NCBI RefSeq assembly: GCF_036321535.1
Contig: NC_087436.1
Location: 20,152,001-20,216,000, forward strand
Direction: 5' to 3'
DNA: 64,000 nt
Origin: Camelus dromedarius
Taxonomy: Eukaryota
Positions 13,863 to 25,658 of the stretch are shown piece after piece; within the stretch, counting starts at the first letter, position 1; each line of letters opens with the position of its first letter. The notes beneath the pieces were generated by a model. It was not told the DNA's origin. It saw only the letters and a program-made list of their open reading frames with translations, and ran no database searches. Both the position numbers and the translations under genes were made by a program.

Positions 13863-16800
13863 ATCAGGCTGTGTTGTGTTATTCCTGTATTCTAGGAGTT
13901 CTAACTTAGATTTAAAAAACAAACAAAAAACAAACCCTGAGCTGGTGTTACATCACCTTTTCAGATATATTCTGGGGGAAAGGAAAAAAAAAGCCTTCTA
14001 GGTAATTTCACTACACCTCCCTCCACCCGCTTGAATATCTCTAATAATTGCTGTATGTCTTGAAAAGGAGGAAGCATTTTCCTGTCTTTTCCTGACCCCC
14101 CACGAGGAAAAAAAGTCAGACTATTGCTTTTCATTAGTGATGTATACCTCTGCTTTTCAAAGTACTTATGCATCTTTCTGTTAAAATAAATAAATAAATA
14201 AAATCCCTTTTCCAGTTAACAGGGAAACCAAACTAAGAACATTTCAGGAGGCATTTGTGATTCTGGTACTGGGCTCACTTCTTCTGTGTTACCAAGACAC
14301 AGGAAAAGGAATGAAAAAGAAACAGCTAAAATTGGAAAGAGGGGCTGAGTTCTGGAGAGCATCCATGTACACCCTCTAGATGTGTGAACTTTTTCAAGAT
14401 TCTGAAGTATTGTTTAAAATTCTCTCATCAAGTCATCCGTGTCGAGCAGTCTAGTGACCAGACTAAGGCTGACAAGGTTGTGATCTGCCCAATGTTAGTG
14501 GACAAGCTTATTTTTTTTTCTTTAAAAACCACACAAGAGAGTTCTGATAACAAAGCTGCCAGGCTGGTGCTTATGTCCGCCCACACAGACATAATGGCAA
14601 ATAAGCTGGCTGCTACCCAGCCATACATAAAGGCCCTTTCGTTCCAAAGACTTGAAAAACGAATTTAGGTGACGGTCAGGACGCCTCAGTTCTAGCCCTG
14701 GCTATGGTAACTGTTACTTTTGTGAATTTGAGCAAGTTACTTAGTTTCTCTGGGTCTCGATTTCCTCACTGCAAAGAGCAAAGGGATCTGAATTCCAAGG
14801 GGCCTTCTTGCCCTAAATTGTGCGAGTCTGCTGACTGCTGCTTTGGGGACATCTTGGGCAGCCTGGTGCACAGAGTTCAGGGCCAGAGCACACGTCAGTC
14901 GGTGCTCAGGATAGACAGCGAGGTCACCCAAGAGCAGAAAGGTGGCCCAGGGCTAACGGGGAAATGGCCCGAGAGCTGTCCAGGGGCCGCAACTCTCCTC
15001 TGAAAACAGGTGGGTGTGGGGGGGTGGCCACGGTGCCAGAGCAGCTGTGCCCAGTATAATATCTACACTAGACAGACGTCCCTGGACATGGGGTGAGGTC
15101 AGTGACCTTCTAAACAGAAACACTGCCAGAAGAAAGTGGAGGAGAGGGTGAGACTACTTAGAAGTTAATAGTATACGCATTTATGAAATAAAATTCCGTA
15201 CCTCGGGGTATGTCAGGGAAACTACACTGAAGGAAAGATTCTCAGAAAACTTTAATCGAAGTTAAATTTCAATGCACATATCCCCAAATCCCTGGGCAGT
15301 GGCACTTTATAATTTTGTGGGGTTATTGGTGGTAAGGCAGCAGGAGGGAGGATCTGAAATAAGACGAGGTAATGAGCCTGGGCACACGTATCCGCCCATC
15401 CAGTGCTGACCCGGGGTCAGGCACTAGGGGACGCACAGGTGCAGAGGGCGACAGCCGCTGTCCCCGCCCACATGGAGCTTCCCACAGAGCCCTGAGTCCT
15501 CCCAGCGGACAAGCAAGCATCAGCCCAGCAACGTGACATGCCACCCAAGGTCGCACAGCTGCTGAATCCAGCCATGGTCTGAATCCAGGTCTGCTCAGAA
15601 CCACCAGATGACAGCACTTAGCCCCACATGCCTGGAAGAAAGACTGTGGAGGTGGCTTTTAACATTCTCTTTCTCCTCTTTTGTTCAGCTTTTTTGAAGG
15701 AACATCTTACGAGAAGTTAATTTTGCCTAAAGACAGCAACTTCGTAGTATTTACTTTCTAGGAATACGTCAATTACTCTTGAGTACAGATACATGAATAG
15801 AAGACACACATGTGAATGAAATTTAAATATGAACAGAGAAATAAACTGTATTCAATAAAAATATCTGCAAAAAACCCCATCATTAAATTTACTTAAAAAG
15901 AGCCTAAATTGAAATCAGCTTCTGAGAACCCAACCCCCTAGGTAACTGCAGGCCGGTGAGTGTTTTTGTAGGCCAGAGATGATTTCCTTGAAATACACCT
16001 TCTCTGTGACATCACGCACCCAGGTGCATGCTCTGGGACTCCGTGACCTAGCGCAGGTTCCTGCTCAACCTCGCTCTCGGGGCAGCTGCCCTCCCCCCTG
16101 CTCTTCGCCCAGCCACCCCGAGCCCTAGCAGTTTCCATCTGGGGCTTCACGCTCTTGCACTTCTGCTCAGTTGACATCCTTCCAAGTCTCAGTTCCAGTG
16201 TTACCTCCTTTATGGTGTCTTTCTTGGTTTTTCTACCCACCCCCAATGGAGGTGAATTCCTCTCACTGTGGCTTAAACAGACTTCATCAAAGCATTTGCA
16301 ACATTTCACTGCTAATTTGACTTTACCTCACCCAGACTGTGAGACCCCTGCATGCAGAAGCGAGTTGTCTTCTGTATCATCCCAGTGCCCGGCATATAAG
16401 AGGTCCTTAGTAAACATTTTTACAATTAACAGACGCTTGTGAATTATATTGCTATTCCTGGGCTGTTTATTCCAAGCTGATTAATACAGACCAGTCTTGC
16501 TCAAAGTAGAGTCCTCAGACTCCTTGCATCTGATTTAGCAAGATACTTGTTTAAAAAGGCAGAGTCTTGTACCTCATCCCAGACACAATGAATCAGACCT
16601 CCGGGAGTTTGGGTGACTTCAGCCTGGGCAGGGGAAGAAGAGGGGTCACCGTGTTTGTTGGCTACACAGCACCAGGCCTTTTGCCCTGCCTCTAACTAGC
16701 TGTGGGACCTGAACTTCAATTTTCTCCCCTTAAGTCAAATTTCTAGAAATCATCCCTTTCACCTCTAAACTCCAGTCAGTCCCATTCTCAGATTAAGAGA

Positions 16801-17404
16801 TTCAATGCAGATTAAATTAGAATGATACAGAAAAGACCAGCACAGACTTACACTAAGTTGACAAGAAGAGTCACGAAGTGTCCAGTTTTTCTGGTCAGGC
16901 GGCATGATGCCAAGGAAAGAGCACTGCCTTCAGACGCAGGAGCCCAAGGCTCTAGCCGCATGGATCTGGGCAGCCTGAGCTTCTGTTTCCCCCGCAGGGC
17001 TAATGAGCCAGCTCCGGAGGGGGCACCTGGCAGGCAGGCAGGCAGGCTCCCTCCTTCCACCTCCTCCTCCTATCCTCACCCCAGGTTTCTTTCCTTTGCC
17101 AAATATTTGCTTAACTACCACAGGACAGTGCTATGTTCTTAGAGACTTCACAGTTTGTTAGAGGCAGAAGAACTTCAGGGTGTCAGCTAAAAATATCAGG
17201 AGGGGTCAAGGCCTCCATCGGGCACCCAGGAAGCTGGGCAGCAGTCAGGGGTGGGCTTTAGTTCTGCACTTCTGACGCTGGCAGCCCTGCTCCATTACTC
17301 ACTCGCCAATTAAGGGGGGTACTTACTCTCTACACCTCACTTCTTCCTAGTAAATTGGGAGTAAGAGTACTTCTCCTAGATTTCCTTTTTACTTACCATT
17401 TACA

Positions 17405-17615
17405 TGGAGCTTATTTATGCCAACTGCTGTACCAAATGTTAGCTCTTAATCCTCGCAGCAGCTCTGGCCTAGGCACTGCTGTTACCTCCACCTTGTACAA
17501 GTGGATGCTGAGGTAGAGAGAGATTAAGTGACTTGCCTCTGAATATACAACCAGGAACTAATGGAGACAGGATTCAAACCGAGCTGTCTCGTTCCAGAAC
17601 CTCAGCTCCTGACCA
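17405..17615 (-). mobile_element. MIR SINE relic
   Basis: GATGCTGAGGTAGAGAGAGATTAAGTGACTTGCC...GGAGACAGGATTCAAACC MIR core. Confidence 0.7.
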
Positions 17616-18340
17616 CTGCACGCGCTGTCTCACAGCGTTGCACGGGTTAGTTTTCCCAAGTGCCGGGGCTTGGTCAGCACTCAGCAGGGGACAGTTACTA
17701 CTGTAACACCCAGAGCCCTCCGCCAGCCTAGGGTGCCTGCTCATCCATCACACACTACTGATATGTAAATGGCCATCCCCAGGTGTCCCCCCAAGCAGCT
17801 GGGCTTCATTTGTAATTGCAGCTGAACGTAATTAGTTCTCATTTGGAGTTCAATTTGATTCTCTTAAATATATTCCAGGAAACAGACACTTGTTATCAAA
17901 TGATGAAGATTGACCAATGGGAAATAAACAGAAATAAAGCCTCCAGAAACACTTCAAGCATAGATGTGGACTCTCAATTTACCATTATCAACCCCAAATT
18001 CAAGCAGCTGGTGCACATATGGATTTCACATCAAATTCTCTACTACTGAAAACTCTGGATCCCTTTCCTCTTAAAGAGAAATCATTAAGGGAGGGGAAAA
18101 TGACTTTTTTTGGGAAGCAGCAGTGTGGTGGGTTGCAGCCTGGATTTTGCAGTTAGACTTCAGCATGAATCCTGGCTCCCCCTCTACAAGCCGCGGGACA
18201 GTTGACTTCAACTGCATCCCGGTGGCCCTGTCGGCAGGCATCCCTACCTCTTACAGTTGTGGTCAGGACGAAATGAAAATACGTGTGAACAGGTAAGCAC
18301 AGTTGCTGGCACACAGTAAGCACAGAGAGTAGCTATTTTA

Positions 18341-18449
18341 GGGGGGAGGGTATAGCTCAAGTGACTCCTGGGTTCAATCCCCAGTACCTCCTCCAAATAT
18401 AAATAAATAAACCCAATTACCTCCCCCTCATAAAACAAAACAAACAAAA
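18341..18449 (+). mobile_element. Vic-1-like SINE, internally deleted, with perfect 13-bp TSD
   Basis: GGGGGGAGGGTATAGCTCAAGTG-ACTCCTGGGTTCAATCCCCAGTACCTCC...A-rich tail. AGTAGCTATTTTA at 18328-18340 and 18450-18462. Confidence 0.9.
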
Positions 18450-18493
18450 AGTAGCTATTTTAATTGGCATTGTTACCAATATTAATACTGTAA

Positions 18494-18732
18494 ATAGTGA
18501 CCCTTGAAATAATGTGGGCTTGAACCACACAAATTGAATGAATTTTTTTTTCACACGAATTTTTTTTCACCAAACATGTACTTGGGTACACCACGATCCA
18601 CATTTGGTTGAATCTGAGGACGCAGAACCGCGGACATGGAGGGCCGACTGTAAATTTAAATTTATACATGGATCTTCCCCTGCATGGAGGGTTGGCGCCT
18701 CTAACATCCAAGCTGCTCAGGGGTCAATGGTA
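18494..18732. mobile_element. Non-autonomous TcMar-Tigger (Tigger2-like) element
   Basis: Degenerate terminal inverted repeats TGACCCTTGA... / ...TCAGGGGTCAA, with internal GGTTGAATCTGAGGACGCAGAACCGCGGACATGGAGGGCCGACTGTA. Confidence 0.75.
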
Positions 18733-19796
18733 TTATAATTAGTTTTCTGAAGATCTGTTTAGTGAAAACTTACTTAGCATTACCAAATTTGTGTTTAAAG
18801 ATGTGCACAGGAGTTATGCTCCTTATTTCACTGTTTCAGCCACATTGTGTTTCAAGAACTCATAAAGGCTTTTCATGTGTGTGATTTAATTTAATCCTTG
18901 CCACGACCCTGGACAGTCGCTAGTATTACTCCCTATCTTACAGGCTAGCAAATACCAGCTCTAAGAGGACAACTAACTGGCCCAAGGTCAAAGATACCAA
19001 GTGCCAAAACTGTGGTGCAGGCCTTCTGCCCCGAGCTTCCGCCCCAGCACATGTGAGCCTCCCAAGCACAGAGAAGTCAGTGTCTCCTTTCACAGTCCTT
19101 AATGGTCCTGAATTTTAGAGAACACCATCCACATCCAGTCAGCCGTCGGCGTCTCCTGTGAGCAAGAGCCCCTCCCCTCCCTTGTTTATTATCAGCCTGG
19201 ACTCCTGTTTGTTTCCCCCAGTGGCTTGTCATTCATTTCTGCCCTTAATAATTTTGTTGATCACACTGTCTGATTTAGCCAGGGGCAGCCCCTTCAAGCT
19301 GACCTCCGTGTCCTTGTGACACGCTCCCATCAGTTTTCTCTTTGAAAAACAACTCACTTTAAAATCAGCTGTCCTTTTTCCTATTTCAAAGCTGTAAGTT
19401 CTATGTTCCAAAAGCGTCCACCCACAACTGTTTCCTAACATGACCCTCTTACTTAAACACCTGCCTGGTACACTACCATTCCCTGGATAAACTTTTCAGA
19501 TGCTCAAGGAAAGATACCGTCACAGAAGGAAATACTGCTGAGTCTGCCACGGAGCTGGCTAGATAGGACTGTCATGAAATTATAGGGAAACACACAGGAA
19601 AAAGCATACAAGGCATCTCCACTCTGTTGTCATGTACATGTTTACTTTTAGTTTACAAAAAGCTGCCCAAATACCACTTAAAAAAATCGTAGGCTTTCCT
19701 TTTGCCTTATTCTGACTGAAGATCCCATCCAGGCAACCAGGTGGTCAGGTGAGGGAATGTGTGACTAGAGGCCAGATGACCACTTAGGTACGAAAT

Positions 19797-20182
19797 GTGA
19801 AGTCATCCAGAAAGAGAAAGAAAAATACTGTATGACATCAAAGATATGTGGAATCTAAAAAAAAAATGACACAAATGAACTTATTTACAAAACAGAGACA
19901 GACTCACAGACACAGAAAACAAACTTATGGTTACCGGCGGGGAGGATTTGGGGGGGGATAAACTGGGAGTTAGGGATTTGCAGATACTAACTACTATATA
20001 TAAAATAGATAAACAAGGTCCTACTGTGTAGCACAGGGAACTATATTCAATACCTTTTAATAACCTATAATGAAAAAGAATATGAAAAGGAATATATACA
20101 TGTATGACTGAATCACAATGCTGTATACCAGAAATTAATACAACATTGTAAATCAAATATATTTCAATATAAACAAACAAAA
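19797..20182 (+). mobile_element. L1 3' end (younger, laurasiatherian/camelid type)
   Basis: ACAAATGAACTTATTTACAAAACAGAGACAGACTCACAGAC...AACAAGGTCCTACTGTGTAGCACAGGGAACTATATTCAAT...A-rich tail. Confidence 0.9.
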
Positions 20183-22971
20183 GAAATGGCTTGTTTCGTG
20201 TGAGAGAGCAAGGAACTGAGAACAGCATCATCTCTCGGAGAGTTGTTTTAGAACTGAGGTAGTGATGGAATAGAATGTAAATGCCATCTCCCATTCCAAG
20301 GGCTGCTCAAATGGACTCCAGCGCGTAAGACTGACCATTTAAGGAACTGCAGGACAAAAATGCCAAACAGTCCTTTGTGGACCTAAGTCTTTTTATTTAA
20401 ACATAATCTATGTTTCCAGATTCTAGTTCTTTTATCAGGGAGGTTCCCGTTACTTCTAGTTACATAACCCACGTGGCCTGAAGCAGTTTTATGAAGAGCA
20501 GACCCGGACGGGGTGTTACCGGCAGGCTTCCGCGCATGCTACAGGTCACAAGAGTGGAGAAATCCAGTTGTGGGCACTGATGATTAGGAAAGTGAAATGG
20601 GGGAGCCGCAAGTTCAGTGTTCATCTCCCCACCTCCCACACACAGAGAAGGAGTGCTGTTGGCAGAGTAGAAGCCCACACCAGACTAAACGCAGGGGAAA
20701 CAGAAGTCTTTCAAACCAGTCCTAAGAACAGTATCTAAGAATCAGGAATCCTCAGCCAAGCTGGCAAATTAACAACATTGGTTTTTTCAGTTCTCCCATT
20801 CTCCAGGCCCTCTGAGATTGTGAACACAGTGCTCAGGGAAACTGACAGCTGCTCAAAGTCCCCCAGCTCTGCTGTTTAGAACAAATAAATACACACTCTT
20901 TGCTTCCCCATCTCCTCCCCCTAACAAACTCGTTTTTCCAAATACCAGGGCAGAGGTCTGATGATCTGGCTAATTCATGATGATTAGGCATGATGCTGAG
21001 TCTTTTCAAGAGAATATTTGCATTTCAAAGTGGAAAAAGACAAGGGGATGGGACATACATTTGGGGAAATAAATCTCCGGTCTTTTCTTTGAGGCTTGAA
21101 CATCTAGTACAAATGAGGCTGAAAGAAAAATGGGGAAGAATCAGCCTGGGATCATTACAAAAGCCAAGCTCCCCTCGATTTCTTCTCTTTTCAAGTGTAG
21201 CTCAGGAGCCTAGGGCATTACAGATACGGGCAAATCATCTGTGACTCCCCCCCACAACCACACAAAACATCCCCGGACCCACAAGAAACCACTGTCTGAG
21301 GACGATCCACACGTGGGGACAAAAAGCTAAAAAGCACCATTCACTGGTCTTGATATTATTTCACCCAAAGGTAGTCTTGGAAGGTAGTAGTCTTGGAAGG
21401 TATTAGCCCTTTTAGCCCTTTTGATTTAAAACATTATTTCCACATCACTGCAATCAGTGAACTACTTTATTACAACCAATGTTTTCTGTGGTTTTCAAAA
21501 CTGCTTTTTCATCAGCCGTGGTCTTCTGTGAGTGTGTTTTGTTTGTAATAGCTGCTAGCTGGCTAGCGTTCCTTCAGCCCCGTAAGCCAGCAGCGGTGGG
21601 TGGAGGAGTGCTGAACTTTTAAGTGAATTGGAAAGGTCTGGAGATACCTTCTCTTGCCCACCTAGTGTCGCAGAGACAGACAAGGAAAGAAGTGGAGGAT
21701 AATGGTCAGGAAAGCAAAAGGATGCAGGGAACTGTACAATCTGTGGAGCACAGTCTTAAAATTTCAAAATTGCAGTAGATTTGGCAAGAGAAAAATTCCA
21801 CTCAGAAACAAGCCAGGTAATAATTGTCTAGAGGTCTACTTCAGCTTATGTAATTTATGTACTTTTACAATTTATGTAAGAGTAATACATAGTAACTGCT
21901 AAAACTTAACCATGTGTTCGTCAATTAATAAATAACATAAAATCAATGCCCTAAATAATGCACTAGGAACAGTTAGTTGCTCAGGAAAAAAAAAATGAAC
22001 TAACTAAATAAAAAAGAATAAATAAACTTCACATTTTTGCCTTGGACTTAAGAAAATGGAATTCACTAAGAAATCTGGGTATAAAATCCCACACATGATT
22101 ATATTACTTCATCTGTTTCTAACACTATTGTAGATGACAGTGATTAAATTATCAAACACAAGCCAAATGCCAGTATTTGGGGGAAAAAGTTCACCATCTA
22201 AACTCCACGTCCACTTGGCTGTGTCTTGAGCTTGGACAGAAGCAGAAGTAGTGACCAAATGCTTTTTCACAACAAACCTTCCATGGGGACAGGAGAAGGG
22301 AGCCCCGAGTGGACTGTGGAAGAGTAAGTGCAAACTCTGGGGAACACTGTCCCCGCCCCACGGATCCCTCCTGCAGGAGCCCCTGCAAACTGCCTGGACG
22401 GCTCTGCCCACCACCCACACTCAGGCACAAATGCTCTGAAACTACCTCTTTAAGGTTTTAAAGCACCCCTTCCTCATCTCAGTGTTGTACACCCAAAGTA
22501 TCACAGAACCACCCAGACGAGGACCACAGACATACAGTAACTACGCACAGGAGCACATCTGTATCACAGTGACCCTTATGGAACACGTATGTGCTAACTT
22601 TCTCTTTTGTCTTGACCTTCCTTTTGAATTTGTTTTCCTTGGTCTGCACTATTACCAATACTTTCCACTTCACTGTAAGTCTTCTTATAAACTGACTTAA
22701 ATCCTTTGCACAATGAAACATATACGTACATATCTGAACCACCACACGGGCTGGAACGCAATGTCCAGATGCGTTAGAGTCAAGTGAGCTTCACTGGGGC
22801 TGCTCTCAGGCTTGGAGGAGTTAACTGGCTGCCTCCCCTGTCCACAGCTCTATTATTCAATTCCTGTGCTGTGGTCGGTCCTTCCCAGGCAGTGCCTGTT
22901 CCCAGGGAGCTGTGTATGTGCCGTGGGTGTTTGAGTGAAGAGAAACTTAGACATAGATGATAATGTCACGG

Positions 22972-23410
22972 TGCGACAGTTAATTTTACATGTCAACTTG
23001 ACTGGGTGAAGGGCCACTCAAAGAGCTGGTAAACAGTATTTCTCACTTGTCTGTGAGGGTGTCTCCAGAGGAGGTGAGCACTCGAATTGGAAGACAGAGA
23101 AAAGAAGATCACCCTTGCCAACGTGAGTGGACATCACCAAATTGCTGAGTGCGGAACAGGACAGGAAGGCTGGGACATCTGCCTTCTTCTGCTCCTGGAC
23201 ACTGGTGCTCCTGGCTCCCAGGGCTTTGGACTAAGGCTGGGACTGACACCACCAGTCTTCCCGGCTCTCCAGCTTGCAGACAGAAGACCATGGACTTCTC
23301 GGCCTCCACACTCATGTGAGCCAAGTCCTACAATAAATCTCCATATATACACATCTCTATAATACAGATCCTATTGGTTCTGTTCTCTGGAGAACCCTGA
23401 TTATAAGACG
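22972..23410 (+). mobile_element. MLT2-type (ERVL) solo LTR
   Basis: GTTAATTTTACATGTCAACTTGACTGGG start and CCTATTGGTTCTGTTCTCTGGAGAACCCTGA end. Confidence 0.85.
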
Positions 23411-23899
23411 CAGGTCATAATGCTTTAGTTTAATTTTTATACTTGATATTGTTGCCAATGAATCCTAAATCTTTAAAGCACTTGTTATCATCATAGCCTG
23501 ATATCTGGCTTACAGCTTCAGTTATCAGACTCAGATATCACCACTCAGATAAACTTGAAGGAAAAGTCAATACTTGTCCCCAGCCCCATCCTCCAAATGG
23601 ACATACACGAAACTTTTAAAAAAAACTTTCACTGGAAATTTTTGTCATCACTGCCTCAAGTAAAAACATACTCACAACATGAAGAAACATTAAATTTTTT
23701 TACTTTTATTTAAAAAAAATTAACGTTATTCAATCTCAGTCCTTGAGTGTATGTCTTTTTATTATTCTGTGTGACAAATAAAATAAAATACTCCTACAGC
23801 ACCTCTGCTGTGTGCCCAAACACAGCGGCTGTCCTGAGGGAAAGCACTCGTGTGACTGAGTTGTGAGCTGAATTAGATGCTTTTTCAGGGGTCACCATG

Positions 23900-24180
23900 C
23901 TTAAATTCAGATAATGCTAGGTTCACGTGCAGCTGTAGGAAGTGACAGAGAAACTGCCTACCCTCTACCCAGCTTCCTCCAATGGTAACACCCTGCAAAA
24001 CAACAGATCAACATCACAGCGAGGACACTAACACTGATACTGTCAAGACACAGAGCACTGCCATCAACCTAAGGGCCCCTTCCCCATGTTGCCCTTTTAC
24101 AGCCACACCCACTCCCCCACCCTGACCCCCATGCCCTCCTCAGCCCCTGGCAACCACCAATTCCTCCTCCATTGCTATGA
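23900..24180 (-). mobile_element. L1MB-like 3' end fragment
   Basis: CCCAGCTTCCTCCAATGGTAACACCCTGCAAAAC...CCCCTGGCAACCACCAAT. Confidence 0.7.
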
Positions 24181-25294
24181 TTTTAAGGCTTTCCTTTTAA
24201 GGTAAAATTGACCAAGCCACGAATTACATGGTGACTGATGCAGTCAAAGGGCCAAAACTTGCATTCAGCCAACAAGTGAAGAGGACTTCAGGTGTATTTT
24301 CATTTTAAACAGCTGCGAGCCATTATGCTGAACACGAAAGCACCTGGGAGCTAGCGCCAGCTCGAAATCGAGATCTCAGAATTTAAGCTCAGGTTCAATG
24401 TGGCCTTTCAAGTTGATGAAGTTCAAAGTACAGAAGATAATTTTCAAGAACCATGTGAAAAACATTAAAAAAAAAAAAAGGCCAAATGACAGGAAGTCCC
24501 CATGAAGGCATTTTAATGGCGGCAGATACAACTGAATGGTCTTCTCGATGCCACAGGGAGATGACTGACTTCACCGTGGTCAGCATTTACTTTGGTAAAG
24601 AGAAAGAAAACCCACATTTAACGCAACCACTAATAAGTAGCCTTGACTCTACAGGCTACCAAAAGTCCAAGTAAACAGTCACCCTGTTACATCATCAGCA
24701 AGGTCATAGTCTTCACAAGCTGTTGAACTTCCTCCTTCCCATAACTGTCTACGCATTTGCAGAAAAAGAAGTCCTTACCACTTTCTACTTTCCCAAAGGT
24801 GCACATTTCAGTGAGGGCCAACGTACTCACTACCTTTCGCAAAAAGGAAGGCTCTTCCCTCCCACGCTCTTTCCCATTGTTAACTAGGATGAACACAAGC
24901 TGCGACAAAGTGTTTCTGCATCTTTCCGTTTTTGCTCCACTACAATTTTTAGACTCTTCTATTTATATCAAGATAAATGGCACAGGTTAAAGAAAAACTA
25001 CAATTACTTAAATCCATAAAACTATTTCCGGTCAAAGAAACAGAGATAGTAAAAGATACCCAGAAGAACAATTATAAAACTCGCACTAGGCCAAACAACA
25101 AAGCATTCATTCCCTTCTCCCCCCAAACTCCTCCATCCTCTTAAAGACAACTTATCATATTGTATCACAATGCTGAACTTACTGGATATCAGCAGGAAGG
25201 GAAGTTCTGGAAAGAGCAAGTCAATTTTATACCCCTAACAACATGCAGAGTTCAAAATGGTGAAGGATTTCAAATTCTAACTCATTAACATCTT

Positions 25295-25398
25295 TCTTGT
25301 TTTGTTTTTTTTTTTTTTTTAACGGAGGTACTGGGAATTGAACCCGGGACCTCCCACAGCTAAGCACATGCTCTACCACTGAGCTATACCCCCACCCC
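25295..25398 (-). mobile_element. Vic-1-like SINE (short form)
   Basis: Poly-T plus GGAGGTACTGGGAATTGAACCCGGGACC...CTCTACCACTGAGCTATACCCCC; flanked by CATCTT on both sides. Confidence 0.88.
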
Positions 25399-25470
25399 AG
25401 CATCTTATTTCAATAAGAGGCTTCATCTTGTCAACTGGACTTGATGACTCGCCTAGATACTTACTTAAAC

Positions 25471-25658
25471 CAGTGGTTCTCACACCTTAGTCTGAATCGG
25501 AATCACCTGGAGAGCTTGTCAAAATACAGATTGCTGGCTCCATCCCCAGAGTTTGATTCAATAGGTCTGTGGAAGGGTCTAAAAACCTGCCTTCTTAACA
25601 AGTTCCCAGGTGATGCTGACGCTGCTAGTCTGGGGACCACACACTTTGAAAACCACTA
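25471..25658. mobile_element. MER5A hAT-Charlie element
   Basis: CAGTGGTTCTCA...GAATCACCTGGAGAGCTTG...CCCAGGTGATGCTGA...CTTTGAAAACCACTA terminal inverted repeats. Confidence 0.88.
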
